Origin: Curvularia clavata
Lineage: Eukaryota
DNA length: 64,000 nucleotides
Assembly (NCBI GenBank): GCA_023920165.1
Contig: CP089279.1
Span: 2,356,001-2,420,000 of the forward strand
Reading direction: 5' to 3'
The notes under the pieces were generated by a model. That model saw only the letters and a program-made list of their open reading frames with translations. It searched no databases and was not told the origin of the DNA. The position numbers were made by a program, and so were the translations under genes. Shown piece after piece: positions 44,754 through 55,700 of this stretch (its first letter is position 1; each line of letters starts with the position of its first letter).

Positions 44754-47615
44754 TCATCTGATTACTACACCCTGCCGCTCAATGCCCCTAGCATAAGGCC
44801 CTTCCAGGATGTCGCACCCACCTAATAAACCTACTGCTCCATTGCCCAACATACCACCGGACTGCACACTACCCCGACGATCTGACCATATCTCATGGAA
44901 ACGAATCGCCATGTCACTAGCCGCAACCACAATGCATCCTTCCTCCGCACCTCTCCTTGACCAAACCCCATCTTCCCCTTTCGATCTTCCATCATCGCCA
45001 CCATTTTCTGCCTGCGCACTTTTCGTAGGGCCACCTGGATATGCAACGGCACATAGAGCACGGTTTTCATCGTACCAGGGAACGGCAACAAGTTGCTCAC
45101 AGCTCGGCCACGCGAACACAGCAATACGGTAGGGATGTTCGGGTTGCGCAAAGCCGAATGTCGCTGCTATTTCTCGCCGTGTCTGGGACCAAATGAGGCT
45201 GGTGACCTGGGCTGCGCAGTCGATGGTCGCAAGACAAGTCCCAGAGCGCGTATGGTAAAAGTGAATACATCGATCATTTGAGCCGCCGCCAATGGCAATC
45301 AGGCCGCGCTGCCAGGGGCAAAAGTCGATTGCTTTGACAGCTGCGTTTAGTGTCCAGGTGTGCTTGGCCGCGGATTGCGTGAGATGCAGCACTGAGCTGT
45401 TGCGATTAGAGACCGTGTATATGAATTCTCCATTCGGTCCTTGGCGAACATCGAGAATTGCTGCTGTTTCGTCGCCGGATGGGGGGACATGGAGGACTCT
45501 CTTTGTCTCAAAGAGATTGCAGTTGTTATCGTTTCCGCCACTGGCAAACAGTTCGCCGTCTGCAGACCATGTAAGGCCACAGATCTGCTGGCTATGGATT
45601 GTCAGGCGCGCGAGAAGAGTCATGGCTCCATGCCAGCCGAACAATGCACTCTGAGTCTCCGAAGGCCATTCTACGCTGTAGAAATAAATGTGTCCTACTT
45701 CGTCTCCGATGATCAATTCTTCAGTTGGTACGGTCATTGCCCTGTCACGGAGGGAAGGACGCTGCACAACAGTTGGTCTCCAGGACGCGCATGACACTGG
45801 CTTAGGTTGTGTGGCATCGAAGCGCGGTTCTGCATCAAACGGACTCCAGAGTGAGATGCTTCCGTCTGCCCGCCCGACAGCGAGAATGGCTTGACCACCG
45901 GAGTTGGAAGAAAAGCTCAGACACGTAACATGCCGACTCTCGGGGTGGCCGTTCGCTGGCCTGGCGTTGAGTGACTCTGGAGTGTTTACACCTTTTATTT
46001 CAGACCAGATATGCACAAGGTTACCTAAGCCAACAGCAAGGCAGTTTGAGGTATGAGAGTATGCAAGCAGGGTGCAATAGAAGTCATCACGAAGTTCTGG
46101 TGCGTCAAGAACTGTGCTTTTTGTTAGCTCCGGCAAGATCTGTCAATACTTGAAACCTATCTGAAAGGTAGGACTGGCACGGCTCTTCGCTTCTGCCGAG
46201 TCTGATGCTGTGCTTCGTTGAACTATTAGCTCGAAATTGACTACGAGTTCGTGCGACAAAGGCAAAGACAAACGTGAGCTCGAGCCGTCTCTAATCCATG
46301 CGCTATCTCGCCACACATGCTTCACCTGTGAATCGGGACCATGCTTTGGAGAGTTTTGGAAAGTCGCCAAAGACGAATGCTGGAGTATGCGATCTGTCTG
46401 GTCAATGTCCAGCGCCAGTGCAAGTCGTTGTGCGTAGACTTCTAGCTCAGCTTCAGGATCCGCTCGATTGAGGAAAGCAGACTTATACAGCGGTGCGTTC
46501 GTTCCGCTTCTGAGCATCCTACCTCTTCCCGTGGATACGGCTACCACTGTATCACTCGCAGCAGAAGGTCCCCCAACATTCCAGACTGCTCCGGCACTGA
46601 TCTGACGAGCAGCTAGAGGAATAGAGCCACGTCTCATGTTGGCATTTCTTCTGGTGGCATTAGTCCTTCCTGACATCATGGAGTATGTCTCTCGAAGCCC
46701 ACGCAGTTCTTCATTCATTCGATCGCTCCTGTGTAGTCTACGGCTGAAGGCGTCTGTGTTTGTTCGAGTACCTTTGTTAACAGCCTGTTCCCTTCTGCGA
46801 CGTGCTGTTGGGCTGTTTAGTTCGAAGCTTTCTCGGGCAACAGTAGGCGGCCGACGATAGGCGATGAATCGATCCGGCGTGCCGATCTGACCAAAGCGAG
46901 GCGATGACACCAAGCCTTGCCTGACCACCGATCGACTACATCTGGTAGGGGAACCCGAAAATCGTGAGGAGGGTCTTTGTAGTCCGTTCTGTAGGACGCT
47001 CTTCTTGACTGAGGCACCTGTGTAGCTCGAGGTAGGTAGTATATGGCTTCCAGACTTCAAAGATGCATGGATGGGCTTTTCAGGTAAGGCTTCTGACGAA
47101 AAGGAGTCGTTGCACCTTCGGGTTTTCAAAGGTAATAAGCTTTGAACTGAACTGGGAGTATGTGTTACGCTTGAATGCAATGATTCTTCATCATGTGCAG
47201 AGTCTACGCTCGTTGAAGACAGGGAACGAGCATGTGGAGAAATAAGAGAAGGAGCTAGATACGGAGAAGGTGGATCAGTAGCGGAAAGTGGTCGTGATTT
47301 GACAGGTGAATCTTCATCTGGCTGCACTGGTGAAGGATCGTAACCAGTCGCATAGAGCACTGGAACCGAGAGCGCTTCGAGACTGGATTTGTATTTGCAC
47401 TTCCAGACAGGAGATTCTGGAGTCAAGCCACGCTTGTGGGCAGCATTATCAATGTCCCGAAAGAAGAGGCAGCTTCGACTTTTGCGTGGAGATCCAGGCG
47501 TTCTTGGTGATGACCACTCCTCTGTGCTAACGGTCTTCGTAGGTGACAGTGGCGGTGTAAGGTATCCGTGGTGCAATAAAAACGCTTCATCATCAGTGTC
47601 GTTTATGTTGAGCAT
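44754..47615 (-). CDS. AMA1: Cdc20/Fizzy-family APC/C activator, meiosis-specific Ama1 type
   Basis: C-box PDRFI, LDAPELRDDFYCTLLAYS, WD40 with ASGGNDN, AAVKAI and GGGSNDR, and a C-terminal IR tail. The long divergent N-terminus and WD40 insertions fit Ama1. Introns 46273-46213 (GT-AG) and 46160-46114 (AT-AC). Confidence 0.85.
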
Positions 47616-47924
47616 TGAGGATCAAGATGAGTGAGCTAAAGCACTTGCGTAGCCCACCTCAGTGGATGTGAGGTTGCGTAAAGGAGAGCAGCCGATAATG
47701 GAATTGGACCAAGTTCTTTTACTGTTGGGTTAGTAATAACAATGGTGACTGGAGCATCAGGAATGCTGTGAGTTGTGTAGGTTTGGTAGTGTTGAGGTGT
47801 TGACAGTTGCAGTGTCTGTGAGTGGTGACGCGGGGAAGAGGTTCCTGCGCATAGTGGGGCAGCATCTCACGGAGGCTTCCACCTACAAGCAGCCGCGAAC
47901 CTGCACGTTGCTCGAGTAATTACC

Positions 47925-49108
47925 ATGGCGAGCGTAAGCATATGTTCTTTACGCATGCAGTATGAGGCTAACGACTGTAGCACGGCGTCTCACGTGGTAC
48001 GGGTCCTGTCGTGCGTTCCGAAGAGGCACGACAGAAGGAGCTTGAGCAGATTGCCCGCTACAAAGAGCTGGCAGATCTGGTCAATGCAAAGGTACCTGGC
48101 TAGCCCTTGATGATGATGCCCAGGAAAAGCTAACGTGGAACCTCGCAGATTGCTGAGAAGCAGTACACAATCGATACCCTCGGCCTGGTCACAAAACTGT
48201 TGAACGAGAATCCCGAATACTACACAATATGGAACCACCGCAGGCGCGTCCTCATGTCTCTGACAGGAGCGGAGACACCCGAACAATCACCACAAGACCT
48301 ATTGCAGGATGACTTGCAACTCACATTTGCGCTGCTGCGAAAGTTTCCCAAGTGCTATTGGATATGGAACCACCGCAACTGGCTCTTGCGCCAGGGAGAG
48401 ACATTGATGGGCGCAGAAGCGGCACACAAGCTTTGGTCGGGAGAACTACAACTCATAAACAAAATGCTGCACGCAGACAGTAGAAACTTCCATGCTTGGA
48501 GTTATAGACGCATTGTGGTGTCGGAAATTGAGCGTTTGACCGCGGATTCAGACATCCCAGAAGAGAACCCCCCAAACAGTCTCGCTGAATCTGAGTTCCA
48601 ATATACCACCAAGATGATCAAGACCAATCTTTCTAACTTTTCTGCTTGGCACAACCGCAGCCAGCTTATTCCCAAGATCCTCCTTCAGCGTAACGCAGAC
48701 TCCAAGGCGCGCCGTGCATTCCTCGATTCAGAACTATCTCTGATATGCGAGGCTGTCAACACAGACCCCTTTGACCAGTCCATATGGTTCTACCACCAGT
48801 ATCTCCTCTCCATTTTGTCTCCTTCATGTCCTTCGGATCGCCTGGTTGTTCAAGACCTGACAAATGGCGAGCGGCAAAAGTACTATGAGAATGAGATGGA
48901 GTATATACGAGAAATCTTGGAGGACGAAGCGGACTGTAAATGGATATACGAGGCGCTCCTTGGACTTGCGGAGGCGTATTTGGAGGTCGATTCCGGTACG
49001 GGTTCGTTCACAACGAAGGACATGAAGTCCTGGCTAGACGAGCTGAAGCGGTTGGATCCGTTGCGGCGAGGAAGGTGGAATGATTTAGAAAGGAGATTGG
49101 ATCTCTGA
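47925..49108 (+). CDS. BET4: Rab geranylgeranyltransferase (GGTase II) alpha subunit
   Basis: MAS|HGVSR, PPTA repeats (NPEYYTIWNHRR, PKCYWIWNHR, DSRNFHAWSYRR, NLSNFSAWHNR) and LDPLRRGRW. Two short introns. Confidence 0.95.
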
Positions 49109-49135
49109 ATACCAAGCAACGAGAAATGATAGCCA

Positions 49136-49521
49136 TCACGGTTTCCCTTTTGTGTCTTCATTGCTATCCTTCAGGGACACTGTTTCCCTAACCGGGTCTT
49201 TTTTCCAAGCCCACAACCCCAGCATGTTCGACCAGGAGTTCCCAGACGATACGGAAGTAGTGGGTTCTTCTTGTCTGGCTTGGAGTTGGCGAACCGGCAC
49301 AGGGGCAGGGCTGGCACCTTTTGAAGCAGCGGCAGCAGCCAATTCTCTAAGAACGTGTGAGTGGGAGCGAATGAGAGCGCGCCCAAAGATTTTGCATACC
49401 GTTGGTACTCTTCTTCCATCCGTGCTAGTCGTTGTTTCTTGAATTCTCCGTCAAAAGTCGCCACCCCAATTGATACGCCGATTACCGCTGCCAATGCAAC
49501 AGGAAGAATGCGTCCTGCCAT
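49136..49521 (-). CDS. Small (110 aa) protein with one N-terminal TM helix, unknown function
   Basis: Exons 49521-49400 and 49346-49136 joined by a 53-nt GTATGC...TAG intron. MAGRILPVALAAVIGVSIGVATFDGEFKKQRL... Confidence 0.7.
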
Positions 49522-49739
49522 GTTGATACGCCTGTTGCGCGAACAATTTGTTGAGGTTTTCGGAGACCAAGTTGTATGACGGAAGCACTCCCGCGGGGAA
49601 AAGTTCGGCGTCCTTCCGCCATTACTTGGGTACTTTACGCGCTAGGCGAAGCACGGGACGACGCGCCATGCCTGTCGTCTACAACCATATGCCTATTCCA
49701 CCAGCATCGAGCTTCGATACGACATGCAGGCACGCCCAA

Positions 49740-52700
49740 ATGTCCAAATGGCGACAGAAAGGATTTGTTCAGGACTCGGATGAAGAAGAAGAGGAGTCTC
49801 AGCTTGAAAGTCAGGGTTCCAGACTGAATGGTGGCTTACATGGACGCGTCGAGCGCGTCGAAGATGACATCAATCAGACCGAACAAACCGAAGAGGCAAG
49901 GGGGCATGTGAACAAAGTCGAAGTATGCCTTGGAGGAGATGGCGAGAATGCTGGAAATGTTAAAAGACCAGATCCACAGGAGAGAAGCATAGCAACGCTC
50001 GTGAAACGCAGTTCACCCAAACGCCCCTCTCCATCTACGCCCAAGTCAGCACACAACCCCAGGCCACAGCCGTCAGAGAGTCCAGATCCGCTTCAAGGCT
50101 CCCAAACCCCGAGATCCCAACGCACTTTCCGACCTCTCTCGTCTCAGCAGCGGCTTGAATCACCGAATCGCCCGCACAGCTCGACAGTGTCCATTCCTCA
50201 ACTCAATGAAGTTGGACTACCACTGCAGACTGTTCGAAGCCCTCATACAACACCACGGGTAACTGTCGCCGAGAACACCCATGAGCCTACCCGTGCCTCA
50301 AACATCTTGAACGAGTTCGGCATTGTGCCTCTATCGGATAATTCTGACGATGACGATCTCTCAGACCCGCCCACAGACTTGGAATCACCTCCACCTTATT
50401 TTGTCCAGCCCCATAGAAAGACGGCAGTTCAGGTTGTCATTACTTCTTCTAAGGCTTTACAACAGCAGCTTGTGCAAGACAGGGTGCAAGAAAGGAGTGG
50501 ACGAGATTTTCGCCAACGGAAACCGATCCAAATGCATCCTTATCTGCTGGAAAATGAGGAATACAAGAGAACAGTTCAGAGCAGAGGTCTTCAACCGGTG
50601 GGAAGATTAAGGTCGCGTTCGCCACAAGGTAACTCAAGACAAAAAGACAACGAAACGCAAGAACAAGAGTTCAATCCCGACGAGGAGCCTACGAGCAGTC
50701 CGCCAGATGCAGAGATACCAGTTTCTAGTCCTGTTGCTCTACATCCAGGGAAAGATGCACATCCTGCAGATTCAACACGTCGGCCCACTTCCAAACCTAT
50801 GCGACGGCTCCCTTCTACTCAACTCCGTCATCCTCATGCAACAAAACGGAGAAAGCTCAACGTCTCATCTACGCAAACTACTATGCCACCAGCAGGGCCA
50901 CCAAAAAGTATATTCGACAACCCTGTCATGCAGCACGATATTTGGTCGATACCTCCGAACTCCCCTCCTTATTCGAGTAGTCCGCCGCTGCAGGGGAACG
51001 CTTCAGTTCGCCGCCCAGGTATACTGCGCAGGATGACCCCGGCGCCTAACTTGCCAACACCATCTACTTCGTCAGTTATGCAAGATGACCGTCGTCTTGG
51101 GTCGGATTCTGATTCAGACACTGCACCGCGCAGTACTCAAAGGCCTGACAGTGGGCTTCGTCGGCCGAAACGCGTGGTACTTACAGATAGCTCATCTTCG
51201 GACGACGGGTCTGCCTCACTGGCAGAGCAGAGTGACAATGAGTTAAGGAGTGTGAGCAGAAAGATGAAGGGGGTTTTGCCTGCATCCTGGATACGATATG
51301 AACAGCAGATTCAAAAGCAGCGCGAAGCCCAGCAACGTGAGCGGGAAAGGACACGTGCCAATACAGCATTGTCCCCCGGACGTGTTGCACCTGTACGCGG
51401 AGTTGCTCAAAAGATCACAAGACCATCCGGTCGGCCCCCCCTATCTTCGGCTTTCAACATCCACACCAGAGACACTGTCGTTATATCCGACGATTCAGAA
51501 GCTGATCAAAGTGTGCCTGCGTCGCACACAATTCAAACCATACGAGATTCTGTAGCTGATGCGTCGGCGTTAGCTCAGAGATTTGATGATCGTTATGTTG
51601 ATGATGACAATTTGTCAAATATGGAGCATGATCGTCTGCCCCTACCCACACTTGGAGGGGTCGGCTCTAAGCGGAAGAAACAGAGCAAGCTTCCCGATGT
51701 CTTTGGCAAAGTGAAGAAATCAAAGTCTTCTAATGGCACGAGAAAGCACTCAGCTCACAAGAAGCGGCCCTCCAACAGCCTGACTGAGAAAAGGAAGCAA
51801 AGCAACCTTGCAAGATCGCGCCGTGTTTCTCCACCAGCAATGAGTGTGGTTGACGCAGTCCTCTCTCCGTCGGAGCGCACCGCGAGAGTGCCCCAGTTTC
51901 TCAGAGTGGCCAGACGACAAGCACTTCGGAGGCCTGACCTTGCTCGCCAAAGCCCACGTAACAAGCAAATAAGACTTCATACTGGTGAGGATACGGAGGA
52001 TGCCAACAACACTCTTCAGCAATGGCGACAGGGCTCTTTGAAGCCAAGATTGGACGGTGCTGTGAAAGAACGGAGGCCTCGACTGCCCATGGTCGACAGA
52101 ACTAATAACAAGCACGATGCAGAGCAACAGCCGTTGACAGACGCGGAGTCTGTGAAGGATCTAGATGGTCAATCAGAAGTTGCAACCGAGGTTTCTCGTA
52201 TACGTCCACGGAGAAACATTCCTCTCGGCCTCCAGGTTTTTCAACGTCCATCACCCAGGTCCACACAGCAAAGCAAGGATCCGTCACAGACCAGGAAGCC
52301 TCGCAAACGTCCAGAGTACATGGGATCTTTGCTTTTCAGGACCGCACAGTTGGAAGGTGATGAGAGTGCCTTTGGTCGTGACCATAGGAAGATCGCGTTT
52401 GAGAAAGGCTTACTACATGTCGATCAGCAATTCGGAAAGCAGTTGTCTAATGAGTACCATGTTGCCAACCCGCAGTTGGCACGTTGTCTTGCAGATGGTT
52501 ATGTTGAGCCACCACCTTTACCTCATTCTGCGGATCACGTTGGAGAGCATGCGACAGAAGCTCTGAGCAAAATTGGACCTACAACTAAGAGGCGTCTCAA
52601 ACGGAAGGCTCAGGCACGAAGAGTCGATGTGGATGCACGAGAGTTTCGCCAACCAAGTGAGCCGGCTGTTCAGCAAGTACTTGGAACAATCAGTTCCCCT

Positions 52701-55700
52701 CAAGTACAGGAACTTGCCGCAGAACAGAGCTCTCCTATGCTCCATGGTCTGGGGCCTTATGGCACTCGATACCCCATTACCTTCGATATATATTCAGTGA
52801 CCTCTGAGACATATTTTCACTCATCCACTTTCATTGGATCCGACGAGTTTCATCGAGCTCTGAGCATTGGAAAACCAGGGGGTCGTGACCTGGACGAGGC
52901 CGCAGGGTTCTCTGCCATCACCTGCGGAACAACGTCTGTTAGATGTGGTCCATGGAATGATGAGACCTCTTCAACACTATATGAAATGGTGAGAAATGCG
53001 TCAGCATTTACAATAACCGAAACATCAGCAGGACCGCCCACCGGTCAGGTGCATCCAGCTCAATTAGCTCGATCACTCGTCGTCTACATATCCGACCATC
53101 TTAGCTTTCTGGATCCAATTGATCGGAAGGACTGTGTGACAAAGTCGATTCGATTGTGTCAAACTCTTTTTGATGGCGCAATGGCTGCTTTTGATAGTAC
53201 TTGCGGCCATGGAGTAGGCCACAACTGGTGTGCTATGCGCACTATGACTTATATGCTTGTCATAAGCCTTCAACTGTATCGCATTGCTCAGCATCCACAT
53301 GTTGACGAAGATTGTCGTGCTGAGGCCCTGACGCTGATAAGAAATGCCGCAAAAACGGTTGTCACCCACTTGGTTCGACAAGCTGTTCCAGAATTGGGCA
53401 GCTTCCTTGAGCTAAACAAGCGACACACTGTACGTGAGAAAGGCGTGCAAGACAACGAAATCGCCATAGAAAGTACAGTCGTCTGCATGCACGTATTGGA
53501 AGACCTACATATCTCGGGATGGGGGTTTTGGGACCTTGTCAGTCAAGAGCTCAGTCCTCAGGTCTCCAATGCCACTCACATTTCCATTTTCGAAACAACA
53601 TGGGCTAAGCTTTTCACATTTCTCCCATTCGGCGAAATCGACGTTACAGGCATCCCATTGAGAAATCGACGAGAGACCTTCCAGGATGATAATTGGATAT
53701 GCATTCGAGACATCCTCCGACGGATATTCGAGTTGTATACGAACACACGCGGGAAGAACAGTGCATCACTGAACGACTATGTCCGTGCCAATCTTGCACG
53801 ATGCCATCGACTTATGACACACTGGCATTGGAGACGTCCCGAGTTGATGCTCAATGCCGTGATTGATTTCTTTGGAAAGCATGGTCTCAAAGGTCTTCGG
53901 CACGAGGCGAGTGTTGGATCCATCGCGTTCCTGGATGACCTTAACGCTGACCCTTCAATGGCTGTTGAGCCAAACGAATACTCTTTTCACACCGCACTCA
54001 AGTGCCTTGCTTTAGGTCTTCGAGGTATGAAAGATGTCTACCCTGAGAAAAAGATACGCAGCTTTGTCTTTCGATCAGTCCCCAACCATGGTCGAGCGTA
54101 TCCAAAAGACCAGCCCCTGGATGAGGGAAACCTTGCGGCACTGCGCAATCACCATGACTTACTATCGACTCTCTACTGGAATGCCCCGCCGGGCTGCCGA
54201 CCAAAGCTGGAACAAATTAAGGGCCTCGTGAATCACGAAAGTTCCCATCGGGAGGCTTGCAGATTAAGCGTTCGTGCCTGGACCAATCTTACCACTTTCC
54301 AGCTATCTACCGAGGAACCTTACGCGTCTACAGAACCATTTGCCCTTTGGCACAAGGACATCATGCATCAGACGCTGAGGCAGTACAAGCTTGCGAAAGT
54401 GGAGGCTGAGGATTTTCTGAAATCAGTTGCTGTTGACGGTGCCACAGACATATCGGCAGTCATGGTCCGTCAAACAATGGAGAAGAACCAGGAACAGGTG
54501 ATTGCAACTCTACGAGACTGTATTGCGGGTATGAGTAAAGCCATCAGACATGCAAGGGACCAATCATCTTTGAAGAAGTTCCTTATTGCATCCGACATCA
54601 TGCATCTGCTTGAGCTTCCTCATCTGGAAGATCGTCGTCTAATCGGCGTCATTCATGACACGCTGAAAGTTCTACAAGAGTATTCAAAGGTACAGAGAAC
54701 ACAGTCTAGGAAGGAAGCAAGCCAGGAAACCAGCGAGGAGAGTCAAGACTACGGCGATTTCCCAGATATGGACGATCTAGATGATCTAGACAATCTTGAT
54801 CAAGCTGTTCCGGCAAAGCAGCCTCAACAATCAGGCCTCGACTTCATTCAAACACCGCTATGGCACCTGCTTTCGAACGCATTTGGCGCGGAAAGCGCAC
54901 CAGATGACATTCTGCTGAAAGATTGTGTTGATACCTGGGTCTGCATCGCTGGGGGTCAGGTGGCATCAGGCGAGCGATCTTGGTCTTACTACCTCGACTC
55001 GTTCAGCCATATGTCGTGGAAGCAACTACGGCAGACCGAGCAGACGCGGAAATTCGGCCCCTACTTCTTGGCCGCACTCATTGATTGTGACCCTGCCGTC
55101 TACAAGGAACATCGAACGGAGTTTCTTCAGGCTCTAATGGTATCTCTGGTGGAACGAGAGTCCATGCTCCGATTCCAGTATCAACTACTACACGCCATCA
55201 TGAGAACCGATGGTCGTCATCCGCTCATGCAGAATTTACCCTTCTTTCGTGATCTCCAGACTGGCGCATGGGACATCAACCCAGACTCTCTTCGTACACG
55301 GCGTCTGGGACTCATATCAAGCATCTTATCCAACATGCGAGACGATTTCTACGCCATCAGTCGTAATGAGCCTGCGCGCACTGCTGAAGCAAAGAGAGTC
55401 TACGTTTGCATGCTGAGAGACTTCATGGAGTCTATGAAGCACAACTATCAGAAGCTCAGCCAAGGTACGACTATCATTGGTGCATACGTCGAGTTTGTCC
55501 AAAAGATAGTCCGGTTTTTGAAACAGTATACAAGCGATATACTCCCTGTGTTACCTTTCTTCACAGACTCGGCGGCTTTCCCACTGCCTGCAGAAGATCC
55601 CACCTACGTAGTCGCCCGCTTGTGCGGTTATGCACCGAAACTACTGGACTCTGGGACAGCGAAACAATTGTCTGTCTTTATAGAAACTGTAGTGCAGCAA

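Noticed and set aside
46144..46156. Rescue of AMA1 by a tiny GT-AG intron or by TAG readthrough/editing
   Set aside because: The intron would be only ~17 nt and would leave the TAG in place. Readthrough alone stays out of frame with VLDAP.
49548..49739. ORF-track N-terminal extension of MMS22
   Set aside because: It overlaps the divergent promoter region. The conserved-looking start is MSKWRQKGFVQDSD.
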